From: Candidatus Latescibacterota bacterium
GTDB lineage: Bacteria; Latescibacterota; UBA2968; UBA8231
Assembly (NCBI GenBank): GCA_965204725.1
Contig: OZ242005.1
Span: forward strand, 3,840,001 to 3,904,000
Reading direction: 5' to 3'
Length of the DNA: 64,000 bases
In this document: one piece after another, positions 8,879 through 18,425 of the stretch
Layout of the letters: each line of letters starts with the position of its first letter
Position numbering within the stretch: position 1 is the first letter of the stretch
Notes under the pieces: model-generated
Seen by the model: only the letters and a program-made list of their open reading frames with translations
Told to the model about the DNA's origin: nothing
Databases searched by the model: none
Program-made: the position numbers and the translations under genes

Positions 8879-9712
8879 ATGTTTAAGTCTTTCAAAAACC
8901 TACTTGGCCTCAGCCTGCTGGCTTTCTTCGGCGTGTGGATGGGGTGCTCGTCCGAATCCTCGCCCGTCAGCCCTTCAAACAAGGCCGTGACGGACGATGA
9001 CGGATCAGCAACACAAGTATCGACGTTTACTGTTTCGACCGAGGTTTCCATTCCCGACGACAGTCTAAGGGTAGCGGTTACTCAAGGACTCTGGGCTTTG
9101 GTGGCAGAAGGGAAACTCGACATTCCTACGGGGTCAAACCCGCTTACAACGGCAAACCTTGCAAAGCTAGAAACGCTTTCCGCTGGCAGCAAAGGGATTG
9201 CGAATTTGAGCGGCCTTGAGCACGCTACCGACTTGAAAAGCCTGAACCTAAACGGGAACAACGTTGAGGACCTAGCGCCTTTGGCCAATCTGACCAAGTT
9301 GGAATATCTGAACTTGGAAAATAATCTCATTCCCCAAACGGGTTATTCTCATTTGGCTAATCTGACCAAGTTGACAAATCTTAGGATAGGCGGCCACAGA
9401 AACGCCGACATTGGCAGCGACACCCTAGAGGTGGTGGTTGAGAACATGACCAAGTTGACCGCTCTAAAGGTGAACCACATGGGGCTTACGGATATTTCTT
9501 TTTTGGAAAAGGAAAATCTGAAAGAGTTGCGATACTTAAACCTAAATGGCAACCGGGAGATTACGAATCTCAAACCGCTTGCTTGTCTGCCGAATCTGAA
9601 CGATTTGCGCGTAGAGAGGGTTGGTGCTGCTTACAACACCGTTACCGGCGAGGTAAATAAACTTCTCCTATTCTTGATAGGGGAAGGGGTATATGTAGAT
9701 TACATTACTTAG
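8879..9712 (+). CDS. Internalin-like leucine-rich-repeat lipoprotein
   Basis: Lipobox-like WMGC, IPDDSLR cap, repeats such as LSGLEHATDLKSLNLNGNNVEDLAPLANLTKL; AGGAG RBS; lower GC. Confidence 0.9.
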   Translation: MFKSFKNLLGLSLLAFFGVWMGCSSESSPVSPSNKAVTDDDGSATQVSTFTVSTEVSIPDDSLRVAVTQGLWALVAEGKLDIPTGSNPLTTANLAKLETLSAGSKGIANLSGLEHATDLKSLNLNGNNVEDLAPLANLTKLEYLNLENNLIPQTGYSHLANLTKLTNLRIGGHRNADIGSDTLEVVVENMTKLTALKVNHMGLTDISFLEKENLKELRYLNLNGNREITNLKPLACLPNLNDLRVERVGAAYNTVTGEVNKLLLFLIGEGVYVDYIT

Positions 9713-9727
9713 CCCCATGCAGTAGAT

Positions 9728-10027
9728 CGTCCTCTACGCAGAGGACGCCCAACGCCCCGTTGCCGCTTGCCGGTGACGGGGCGTTGCTATGCCGCTCCAA
9801 TACGCCGCTCGTTGGCGTCCGCGCACGATAGACCATTGACCGCCCCCGGCGCACGGGCGATATTGGCAATCCTGTCCTTGAGAGAGACAGGTAGCGCGGC
9901 GCGGCTGACCTACCGGCAGAGTAAACCGGGCGCACGGAAAGTGAAGGGCGGCGTTGGTTGGGCCGATTGCGTAAGCGCGGCCACCGGGTCTAACATCCCC
10001 GGCTTCTTGGGCCAACGCCGCTTTTTT
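9728..10027 (+). ncRNA. Candidate structured RNA / hairpin array ending in a three-way junction and U-tract
   Basis: Consecutive stems 9728-9747, 9750-9786, 9871-9891; closing stem 9948-9957/10012-10021 enclosing two hairpins, then T6. Confidence 0.45.
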
Positions 10028-10042
10028 ATGCCTTGCCCCGTC

Positions 10043-10260
10043 CGCCCCCGGATTTTGTGCAGTGAACAACCCAGCTTGGTTTTGTAAATGGCCGTCACCT
10101 GTTTGGGTTGCCAAACTAGTCGAGCACCAACCCCAACATATAGGGCCTGCGTTGGGCCGAAGCGATACAACATATAGGGGTTGACGCCCTTTGGCCGCGC
10201 TTGCCGATCCGCTACGACCGCGCGCCCCCGGATTTTGTGCAGTGAACATTCAAGCTTGGT
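10043..10260. repeat. 38-bp direct repeat, 180-bp period, with nested 12-bp repeats
   Basis: CGCCCCCGGATTTTGTGCAGTGAACA exact at 10043 and 10223 (35/38 overall); CAACATATAGGG at 10134 and 10168. Confidence 0.9.
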
Positions 10261-10431
10261 GGTCAATCGACGACCACTAAACATCCTCATCGAGTAAAAA
10301 TCTTCTCGCTAACGCCCCCCCAAGCCCCAAGCGCCAATACCCCAACTACCCGCCCAAACCGCTTAGGCGGCGTTACAGCGGTCCTCAAGCCCTTGCATGG
10401 GTTATGCCCGTCCACCATCGTCCTTCTCATA

Positions 10432-10755
10432 ATGTCCACTTCGGCAGAGAGAGCAGAAGTCTATCTGACGCGGCGTTGGCAGCGGTTGCGAGCGGACGTC
10501 CTCAAGCGCGCCAACTGGCTTTGTCAGTGCAGCGACTGCCGACAGCATGGCCGGACGAAGCAGGCCGATTTGGTCCACCACGTGGAACGATGGCAAGCGG
10601 CGTCCGGTGACCGGCGGCAAGAGTTGGCTTTCAATCCTGACAATCTCTTGGCCGTCAACTTCGACTGCCATGCTCGCATACATGCAGCGGACGCCCGGAC
10701 GCCCGAAGATCGGGCATGGGCAACCGCCGTTCATTCACTAATCGACGAGGTTTGA
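10432..10755 (+). CDS. Phage HNH endonuclease (gp74-like packaging cofactor)
   Basis: Y..RRWQRLR..VL...WLC, VHHV, NLLAVNFDCHARIH; directly upstream of capsid gene. Confidence 0.88.
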   Translation: MSTSAERAEVYLTRRWQRLRADVLKRANWLCQCSDCRQHGRTKQADLVHHVERWQAASGDRRQELAFNPDNLLAVNFDCHARIHAADARTPEDRAWATAVHSLIDEV

Positions 10756-10759
10756 AGTA

Positions 10760-12013
10760 ATGACCAACTCCCAAAAACTGGCACTTCGGTTAAGCGAGGT
10801 TCGCCAGAAACTCAACGAGCTGCTCGCAATCGACAACCCGAATGACGAGCAGAGGGCCGAACTTGCTCAACTGAGCGGCGAATATCCGGGGCTTGAAACC
10901 CAGTATAGGGCCGCAGTAATCGCGGAAAGCGAAGAAAGCGAAACCCGCACAATCGACGACGACGCCCAAAGCGCGGAATACCGGCAGCTGGTGGACCGGG
11001 TAGAGTTGGGCGCGTATCTCATTGAAGCGGCAACGGGGCGTCCGGTGGACGGGGCCGAACAAGAGTTGCGCGCCGAAGTGTTTGGCGACGACGCCCGACA
11101 GAACCTAGTACCGTGGGAAGCGTTGCTACCCCGTGACGAGGACGAAGATCGCGCCGACAGCCCCGTCAATATCGGCAGCACTTCGGGCGTTGGCGTCAAT
11201 CAGCAAACCATCTTGGCGCGTGTGTTCGCGGATACGGCGGCCATGTTCGCGGGCGTTACTATGCCCAACGTGGGCATTGGGGATGCGTCTTACCCGGTAT
11301 TCGAGGACGGCGCAACCGCCGAATTGACCGCCAAAGGGACGGCCAAAGACGCCGAGGCCGCGACGATTACGGCTAAGGTGCTCAATCCAACTCGCTTGAC
11401 CGCTCGCTACGTCCTCAGAGTAGAGGACGCAAACAGGCTAATGGGCTTAGAAGAAAGCCTACGTGCCGACTTGCGCGGCACGTTGGGCGAACAACTGGAC
11501 AAGCAGATAATCGCTGGGGATGGAACCAGCCCGAACTTCGCGGGGTTTTTCGACGATGGGGCGTCCATTTCTTCGGCTACGGCCCCGACCGCGCAATCCA
11601 AGTACGAGGACGTTGCCGTCCTCGCGGCCAATGCCATTGACGGCAAGTACTGCCGGTCCGCAATGGGCGCGCGGTTGCTTTTCAATGTTACGGGCATACA
11701 GCGGGCGTCCGCGCTATTCCTAACCAACGGCGGGTATTCGGCAGCGGACTATTTGGCCGAACATTCGGGCGGTATCATGGCGTCCGCACACGCCCCGGTG
11801 AAAGCGAGCAAGAAAAGCAAAATCCTGACCTACCGAATGGACCGGGGCGCGGGGAGTGCGGTGTGTCCGGTGTGGCAAGGTCTTGAGATTATCCGAGACC
11901 AATTCAGCGGCGCAATGCGCGGCGAAATCGCCTTGACCGCCATAGCCCTACATTCGTTTGCGATCTTGCGGACCGACGCCTACTACATCCAAGAAATCCA
12001 AGAGGACGCCTAG
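10760..12013 (+). CDS. HK97-fold phage major capsid protein with N-terminal coiled-coil (delta) domain
   Basis: Helical N-terminus, GEQLDKQIIAGDGTSPNFAG, GLEIIRDQFSGA.RGEIALTA; phage gene context. Confidence 0.8.
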   Translation: MTNSQKLALRLSEVRQKLNELLAIDNPNDEQRAELAQLSGEYPGLETQYRAAVIAESEESETRTIDDDAQSAEYRQLVDRVELGAYLIEAATGRPVDGAEQELRAEVFGDDARQNLVPWEALLPRDEDEDRADSPVNIGSTSGVGVNQQTILARVFADTAAMFAGVTMPNVGIGDASYPVFEDGATAELTAKGTAKDAEAATITAKVLNPTRLTARYVLRVEDANRLMGLEESLRADLRGTLGEQLDKQIIAGDGTSPNFAGFFDDGASISSATAPTAQSKYEDVAVLAANAIDGKYCRSAMGARLLFNVTGIQRASALFLTNGGYSAADYLAEHSGGIMASAHAPVKASKKSKILTYRMDRGAGSAVCPVWQGLEIIRDQFSGAMRGEIALTAIALHSFAILRTDAYYIQEIQEDA

Positions 12014-12016
12014 GCC

Positions 12017-12262
12017 ATGTTGGACGAGCCCTTGAACTTGACGAGCGGCGTTTCCAAGTAGCCGAATGGCGCGAAACTCAAGACGGCGTGGTAGTTGAAG
12101 GGGTTGCCGTTCCGTATGCCCCTTCAACTGCCGACATCGCGGGCATGTTCAAGGAGCAATTCTTGCCGGGCGCTTTTGGCGATCTATCGGATGCGGACGT
12201 CCTCGTAAATCGACAGCATGACCGCGCTATGCCCCTTGCCCGTTCCGGCAAAGACGGCGGTG
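12017..12262 (+). pseudogene. HK97 family prohead protease, frameshifted and truncated
   Basis: VEGVAVPY, EQFLPGAF, VNRQHDRAMPLARS; ATG 12017 out of frame; similarity lost after about 12262. Confidence 0.78.
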
Positions 12263-12594
12263 AAACCAGAATACCGCCATCAAAGATCGTGCCTTTTCCG
12301 GTGGGCGGTGAACCAGACAACCGCAAGCGGTTTCAATCGCAACTGAGCAAGGGCGGGATTATCACCATGCCAACCGACAGCGGGTTTCCGTCAGTGCAAC
12401 CGAGCAACGCCAACATTCTACGTCCGGCAACTGTGGGCGCGAATCCTGACCCCTCGCTTGTCGATCTTCGGCAGCAGTTGATGACCAGCGAGATTTTTGC
12501 GTATTGATTCTCTTGGTCTCATTTATTTATACTATGACGCAATTAGCGCGTCGTAGGTTTTAAGTACTCACTTCAAACGCAAGGAGTTAGGATT

Positions 12595-13542
12595 ATGCGG
12601 CGATTTGCAATCGCAGGGGTTTTCAGCCTCGCCCTCGTGGGGGCGGCGAATGCCCAGTTTTTCGATCCGCCGGCCCTCGAGGATCGCAACGGCAGTCAGG
12701 GATTTTGGTTTTACATGCTCGAAGTCCCCGACCCTGGGGCCATCACCATCGATGCCCAGAGCGACGACTGGGCTTGGTTCGACCCGGAGTACACCCTGAC
12801 CATGGACGAGTGGCGCGACGAAGGCGACCGCCCGGCCCCCGACCGCGACGACCTGTTCATCACCACCTTCATGGGCTGGAAGGGCGGCGACGACAACCGC
12901 TGGTACTGCTTTTTGGAAGCGGTTGACGACGTGCTGGCACACGCCGGCACCAATATCGCCCGCTGGGACGGCGACATGCTACAAGTCGGCCTCGATCCGC
13001 AGGATCACGGCCGCGAGCGCAGCCCGGCTTCGGGCTACACCATGGAGTGGCTGATGGCGCCGGGCGACCTCAGCCCGCCGACCAACGTCGCTTTCCGCTA
13101 CACCGAGCAAGAGGCGTGGGCCGAGTACGGCGAATCGCCGTGGATTGAAATGGCCGTGCGCGTCGATCCGCCCGAAGCGTGGGCGGCCGACCTGTGGGCC
13201 GAGGGCGGCACCACGTACTACGAGTGGAGCGTCAAGGTCCTCGCCTTCCAAGAGGACGCCGGCCCATCGGCAAGTGAGGAGTGGCAGCTCGACGCAGTCG
13301 CTGGTGAAGAGGGCACGGGCCTGCCTTTCGCCATGTGGTACGAAGACGGCGAAGGGCCGGATTCGAGCTTCTCGCCCAACGACGACGGCACCCCGGGTGG
13401 CCGCAACGACTGGACTACTCGCGGGCCTGAAGCCTCGGCTCGGCAGTACTACTCCATTGCCAAGCTGCTGCGAGTCGGCGAGTACACCAGTGCCACATCG
13501 GTCGAAGCATCGACTTGGGGCAAGATCAAGGACTCGTTCTAA
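12595..13542 (+). CDS. Secreted acidic protein, possible CBM9/DOMON-like fold, C-terminal TSVEASTWGKIKDSF motif
   Basis: AGGAG RBS, signal peptide, ITIDAQSDDW motif, Trp/Asp-rich. Confidence 0.7.
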   Translation: MRRFAIAGVFSLALVGAANAQFFDPPALEDRNGSQGFWFYMLEVPDPGAITIDAQSDDWAWFDPEYTLTMDEWRDEGDRPAPDRDDLFITTFMGWKGGDDNRWYCFLEAVDDVLAHAGTNIARWDGDMLQVGLDPQDHGRERSPASGYTMEWLMAPGDLSPPTNVAFRYTEQEAWAEYGESPWIEMAVRVDPPEAWAADLWAEGGTTYYEWSVKVLAFQEDAGPSASEEWQLDAVAGEEGTGLPFAMWYEDGEGPDSSFSPNDDGTPGGRNDWTTRGPEASARQYYSIAKLLRVGEYTSATSVEASTWGKIKDSF

Positions 13543-13609
13543 GCAACAAGCACCGCAACACGCAAGAAGCACTCTTAAAATCCCTTTTGAGAACGCTTCG
13601 CAAGAATCC

Positions 13610-13649
13610 GTCGGGCCAATTAGAACCTTAATTGGCCTGACTTCTTTTT
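13610..13649 (+). terminator. Intrinsic terminator
   Basis: GTCGGGCCAATTAG...TAATTGGCCTGAC followed by TTCTTTTT; second hairpin at 13566-13599. Confidence 0.75.
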
Positions 13650-13661
13650 AGGGGGTGCATC

Positions 13662-14378
13662 GTGCATAAACGGCTCTGGGCTTGGTCCTTCCTGTTGATC
13701 CCGTTGGTGGGGGCTTGCGGTCGCTACTTTCACACGCCGCTTCAGCCGGCCAGCCGCCAAGCCGAGGGCATGACCATCAACGACGACGGCTCCATCGCCT
13801 ACGCCCTCGACCGCTTGTCGATAGAGCTCAAGCCCATGACGGACGCGGAATTAAACCGCCTCGCGCCCGGGCCCGACCCGTCGGTCAACCCCTATACCTT
13901 TGGCGAGTGGACTGCCCCGGGCGACACGTGGACGCCGCCGCGCTTTACCGTCTTTCGGCTCAAGGTCAGCAACTATCAATTTCCCAAGGTCGAGATCGAC
14001 CCGCTCAAGGCGCGGATTAGCGCGGCCAACACCCGGCAGTATCAGGTGCTGAGCTACGCCCAATTATACCACTATTTTCGCTCGTATTGGCTGGGCCGCA
14101 CCGGCCAAGGGCGCAAGACCTTTCAGGCCCGCACGGATGCACTCAAGCGGACGCTGTACAGCGGGACCTTAGTTTTCAGCGGCAGCGAAGAACAAGGGTA
14201 TTTGGTCTTTCCCCGCCTCGCCGACGATGTGCGGGCGATCCAAGTACACCTCGAGGACATCGTCTTGCGCTTCGACTATGCGGACGAGCCGGTAGAGGCG
14301 ATTGACCTGAGCTTCTCCTTCCAGCGCGACATCCTGCAAGGGTACGACCCCTCGGCCGCAGTGCGGATCAACCGATGA
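13662..14378 (+). CDS. Hypothetical lipoprotein
   Basis: Lipobox VGAC; ATGA overlap with next gene. Confidence 0.8.
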   Translation: MHKRLWAWSFLLIPLVGACGRYFHTPLQPASRQAEGMTINDDGSIAYALDRLSIELKPMTDAELNRLAPGPDPSVNPYTFGEWTAPGDTWTPPRFTVFRLKVSNYQFPKVEIDPLKARISAANTRQYQVLSYAQLYHYFRSYWLGRTGQGRKTFQARTDALKRTLYSGTLVFSGSEEQGYLVFPRLADDVRAIQVHLEDIVLRFDYADEPVEAIDLSFSFQRDILQGYDPSAAVRINR

Positions 14379-16363
14379 CCGCCTCTGCGCCCAGAGCCGT
14401 CGTCGGCACGGTCCTAGCGGTGCTTGGCGGACTCGTGCCGAGCGGTGCTCAAGTCGAGGTGTGGCACATCGGCAAGGGGGGGCTTTCGTGGGCCTCGCAG
14501 GCCCAAACGCAGATCGGCGCCTTGGACGTCGCTGGCGGCCTACAGCCCTTGCGGCTCCAAGCCGGAGAAAACCTCATCGAGCTGCTCCGCGCTTCGGGCC
14601 AACGCTTTCTCAACGGTCAACCCCGCGACTTCACACTCGGCGGCCAGCCGCGGGCGTGGTCCAACGATGGCTTCTTCAATCAGGTGGCGGGTTCCCTCGA
14701 CCTGATTGACGGCGATCCAACGACCTCCTCATCGGGCGTGTTCAAAACCGCCCAAAGCCAAGCCGGGGCGACCTTCTTCTGGGATTTGGGCGCGCCCTTC
14801 CCGGTCAACCGCATTCGCTTCTTTCCCGCTCCCGACGATGACGCCTTTGTCAAAGCCTTTGAGCTGCGGGTCAACGACGGCGAAACCTTCAACGACATCA
14901 ACCGACCGCAATACGAACTCTTGCGGCGGGTTGATGTCAACCGCGAATCCATCGTAGATATTGAATTTGCTCCCTTGCAGGGCCGCTTCCTCCGGCTGCT
15001 CGTGCTGTCGAAGACGGCGTTCAACATCGCGGAGTTTGAAATCTATGGGCAGGGCTTTGTGCCGGTCGCTAGCTACGAGTCCGCGCTGCACTCCTTTGGC
15101 GGCCCGGTCAACTACGGCCGCTTGCGCATCTACGCGACAAAACTCGGCACGACCGGGGCCGCGACCGCGGCGATTCAGATGCGGACCGGGGCCGACGACA
15201 GCCCGCTGGCGTACTTTCGCCGCGACCGCGACACGGGCCGCCAGCAGGAGGTGCCAGCAGCCGAATACAACACCCGCCTGCCGCGGCGCACCCTGTTCCG
15301 CCAAGACCCGGTCACCGGCGAGCTATTAGAGGAACTAGACCGGGCCGACTATCTCAACCTGCCGGTCGAGGAGCAAGGGCCGGTGCGCGACTTCGTCAAG
15401 GGCGACATCCGCGACGATGTAGCCAACTGGAGCGCGTGGTCGCCGAGTACGCCCATCGCCGGCACGGGCGCGATCTCCGTGCCCATAGAGTTGCCCAGCC
15501 CGCGGGAGTTCATGCAGTTCCGCATCCTATTCGATGGCGACGCTGAAAACGCCGTGCGGATCGACACCTTTCAGGTGGAGTTTTCGCCCGGGCTCGTCGG
15601 CCAAGCGGTCGGCGAGGTCGCGCTCGCCACCGATCCCTTTCCCGCCCGCGGCCTGCTCCAAGTCGAAGGCGGGATCGACACGACCTTTACCTACGACATC
15701 CGCACCGAGTTCGCCGCGGACGCCGTGGGGTATCGCGGCGTCCGCATTGAGGCGTTTCCACCGCCGGTGTTCGAGAGCCTGCACATGGGCGAGCCTCTCG
15801 CGGCCATAGAAGACGTTGCGTGGGCGGCAACCGCCAGCGGCTTCGACGTGTTCTTCGCGCCCATTGCCGCCGACAACAACCAGCCCCTGCGGATAACCTT
15901 CCGCCTGCGGCTTTTGGAGCACAATACTCCGATCAACGCCTATCTGCTCGGGGCGGAGGGCGTCCCACCGCATCCCATTGCCCCGGGCAATGCCAGCCCG
16001 TTGGCGGGCACAGACGCGACCAACGCCTTTGCGACTCAGGCGCGGCCCGAATTGCAACTAGCCCTTTCAGCGGCCATTATCTCGCCCAATGGGGATGGCC
16101 GCAACGATGCAGTCGCCATTGATCTCGTGTTGTCCCAGTTTGCCGCCGCTACCGCAGTGACCGTCGAGATCTTCGACCTCAGCGGCCGGCGGGTGCGCCA
16201 GCTCGTCTCCGAGCTGCGCCCGGCCGGCTTTTACGCGGAAATCTGGGATGGTCGCGACGAACAGGGCGCGTTGGTCTGCCCGGGCCTGTACTTGTGCCGC
16301 GTCGGCGTGGAGGCCGATTTCGACGTGTTTGCCGCTGTAGAGCCTATTGGGGTGGTCTATTGA
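14375..16363 (+). CDS. Secreted protein, discoidin-like region plus C-terminal FlgD-Ig domain (paralog 1)
   Basis: WDLGAPFPVNRIRFFP, AEFEIYG, SPNGDGRND, IFDLSGRRVR..WDGRD..PGLY. Confidence 0.8.
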   Translation: MTASAPRAVVGTVLAVLGGLVPSGAQVEVWHIGKGGLSWASQAQTQIGALDVAGGLQPLRLQAGENLIELLRASGQRFLNGQPRDFTLGGQPRAWSNDGFFNQVAGSLDLIDGDPTTSSSGVFKTAQSQAGATFFWDLGAPFPVNRIRFFPAPDDDAFVKAFELRVNDGETFNDINRPQYELLRRVDVNRESIVDIEFAPLQGRFLRLLVLSKTAFNIAEFEIYGQGFVPVASYESALHSFGGPVNYGRLRIYATKLGTTGAATAAIQMRTGADDSPLAYFRRDRDTGRQQEVPAAEYNTRLPRRTLFRQDPVTGELLEELDRADYLNLPVEEQGPVRDFVKGDIRDDVANWSAWSPSTPIAGTGAISVPIELPSPREFMQFRILFDGDAENAVRIDTFQVEFSPGLVGQAVGEVALATDPFPARGLLQVEGGIDTTFTYDIRTEFAADAVGYRGVRIEAFPPPVFESLHMGEPLAAIEDVAWAATASGFDVFFAPIAADNNQPLRITFRLRLLEHNTPINAYLLGAEGVPPHPIAPGNASPLAGTDATNAFATQARPELQLALSAAIISPNGDGRNDAVAIDLVLSQFAAATAVTVEIFDLSGRRVRQLVSELRPAGFYAEIWDGRDEQGALVCPGLYLCRVGVEADFDVFAAVEPIGVVY

Positions 16364-16377
16364 CCGCTCCGATCAAC

Positions 16378-18414
16378 ATGCGGTGGCTGGTGCTGGTCCT
16401 CGCCCTCAGCGGCCGGGTGGTCGCACAACCGCCCTCGGCTTGGGTCGTGGGCGCGAGCGGCGAGCCGTGGGCCGGGGCCGTAGAACGCTGGATCGCCCTA
16501 GACGACTCCGCGCGCACCGGATCGATTCAGCCGCGGGCCATTCCGCTGGGCCATTCCGTGACGCGCCAACTCGTGCGCACCGGCATTGCCACGACGCAGC
16601 GCAACCTGTTTGGCTATCGCTGGAGCTTGTACAAGGGGCCGCGCCAAATTGAGGCCGACACCTTAGAGGTCGGGTGGCATCCGCGCCTGTGGCTGGGGGG
16701 CGGCACCAATGCCAACGCCCCGGAGGTCATGCGCGGGCTCGTCGACGGCGATGTGCTCACCGCGAGCTTTACCCACCGGGCGCGGGCCGATGGCCGCCCC
16801 AACAGCGTACAGTTCATCACGCTGGACCTCGGCGTCCCCGTGCCGGTAGATAGCATCGTGTTCTTTCCGCCGCAGACCGGGCTGACCAGCGACAACCAGC
16901 GGCAGCGCGAGTTGTTCGCCCGCGCTTATGAGGTCAGCCGGACCAACGTGCCGGTCGAATGGCTGATCTTTGAGGACGAGACCGCATCGACCGGGTCGGC
17001 GGGGTATCACCCCCTCGACGAGGTTCTCGCCAGCACCTTTGCCAACAACACGAGCGTCGTCTCCCTCGCCACCGAGCTGCGCTTTACCCGCTTTCTCCGC
17101 TTCAAGTTCGGGGAAGTCTCCACCACTACCTTGCTCGCCGAAATCGAGGTCTTTGGCCGCGGCTACCCCCAAGAGGCCCGCTACCTCTCCGCGCCCCATT
17201 CTTTCGGCCAAGCCGTGAGCTTTGGGCGGGTCTGGTGGAAATTCACCCGCTATCGCCAATTGCCTTCCGGCGCGGTCACCGCCGACCCCACCGCCCCCGT
17301 CGCGCTAAACGTGCAGACCCGCGCTGGCTTCGACGCCGACCCGAAGACGTACTTCATTTTCGACGACCTCGGCCGGCTGGTGGAAGTCGATGAGAAGACC
17401 TATTTCGCCGCGCCGCGCGTGGTAGAACGGTTTTCCGAGGGGATCGCCGGCTTCCGGGCCAAGCGCGACGACGACGTGGAGAATTGGAACAACTGGTCGG
17501 TCGCCTACCAAGCGTCGGGCGACGAGATCCGCTCCTCGGACGGCGCCGAATTTCTCCAGTTTCGCTTTGTCATCACCACCGAAGACCCGCTGGCCTTTGG
17601 CGTCCTCGACAGCTTGGCTTTTGAGGTCTCGCCCCTGTTGGCCGACCGCGCCTTAGCGGAAATTGCCCTCGACGGACGCGCCGCAACCAACGGCGTTGTC
17701 GAGGTGCCCCTCGGAGTCGTCGAACGCTTTGCCTATCACATTCGCACGGTGGCCGGCCCAACCGAGCGCAGCGGCTTCGACGGCATCGAGTTGGAGGTTC
17801 CGCCAGCCGCGCGCTTCCTCGACCTAACCATCGACGACCAGCCGGCGACCGAGGGCGTGGATTTTTCCCTCGCCGCCCACGACGGGCGTTTGCGCTTCAC
17901 CTTTCCCGCCCCGTTCCGCCAAGACAAGGCGTTTCGCGTGCGCTTTCAAGGCGCGGTCTTTCAGCCGTCGGTCTTTTTGGCCAGCCGCCTTTTTAACACC
18001 TTGGCGGCGGGCTTGCCCCAGTCCGTTGAGGCCGGCGATGCCAACGCCGACGTGGGTAGCAACAGCATCCAAGTCGTCTCCAGCGATGCGGCGCTGGGCA
18101 TTCTCGGGGCGATTGAGTTGTCGGCCCCGGTGGTCACGCCCAACGGCGATGGGACCAACGAGCGGGTCGCGATTGAATTCGATTTGTTCGGCGTCGCCGG
18201 GGGCGCGTTGCGAGTAGAGGTGCGCGACTTGAGCGGCCAGCACCGCGCCGCGATCTTGGCCGCGCCGGCCACAGCCGGGCCGTACGCGCTGCGGTGGGAT
18301 GCGCGGGACGAGCACGGGCAACTCGTCCCCCCAGGGCTGTACCTAATCCGCGTTGAGGTCGAAGTGGATCGCGGCGCGTTCGCCCGCCTAGCCGCGCTCG
18401 GCGTCGCATACTAA
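16378..18414 (+). CDS. Secreted protein, discoidin-like region plus FlgD-Ig domain (paralog 2)
   Basis: LDLGVPVPVDSIVFFP, AEIEVFGRGY, TPNGDGTNE, WDARD..PGLY. Confidence 0.8.
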   Translation: MRWLVLVLALSGRVVAQPPSAWVVGASGEPWAGAVERWIALDDSARTGSIQPRAIPLGHSVTRQLVRTGIATTQRNLFGYRWSLYKGPRQIEADTLEVGWHPRLWLGGGTNANAPEVMRGLVDGDVLTASFTHRARADGRPNSVQFITLDLGVPVPVDSIVFFPPQTGLTSDNQRQRELFARAYEVSRTNVPVEWLIFEDETASTGSAGYHPLDEVLASTFANNTSVVSLATELRFTRFLRFKFGEVSTTTLLAEIEVFGRGYPQEARYLSAPHSFGQAVSFGRVWWKFTRYRQLPSGAVTADPTAPVALNVQTRAGFDADPKTYFIFDDLGRLVEVDEKTYFAAPRVVERFSEGIAGFRAKRDDDVENWNNWSVAYQASGDEIRSSDGAEFLQFRFVITTEDPLAFGVLDSLAFEVSPLLADRALAEIALDGRAATNGVVEVPLGVVERFAYHIRTVAGPTERSGFDGIELEVPPAARFLDLTIDDQPATEGVDFSLAAHDGRLRFTFPAPFRQDKAFRVRFQGAVFQPSVFLASRLFNTLAAGLPQSVEAGDANADVGSNSIQVVSSDAALGILGAIELSAPVVTPNGDGTNERVAIEFDLFGVAGGALRVEVRDLSGQHRAAILAAPATAGPYALRWDARDEHGQLVPPGLYLIRVEVEVDRGAFARLAALGVAY

Positions 18415-18425
18415 ATGGAGGCTCC

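Larger units (their letters stand above)
7200..12505 (+). mobile_element. Decayed HK97-type prophage / capsid-encoding satellite remnant
   Basis: terL pseudogene, HNH, major capsid and prohead protease fragment between host genes; ends approximate. Confidence 0.8.

Noticed and set aside
9926-9935. Group IIC intron start GTGCGCCCGG on the minus strand
   Set aside because: No domain V/VI or reverse transcriptase recognisable
10043-10260. Second CRISPR array
   Set aside because: 142-bp interval is too long and the repeat lacks CRISPR-like ends
12263-12320. Integrase C-terminal remnant (KIVPFP)
   Set aside because: Too short; no catalytic motifs
12433-12460. Degenerate tRNA 3' end (GTGGGCGCGAATCCTGACCCCTCGC)
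   Set aside because: Lacks TTC and CCA; no matching copy at the other end of the element
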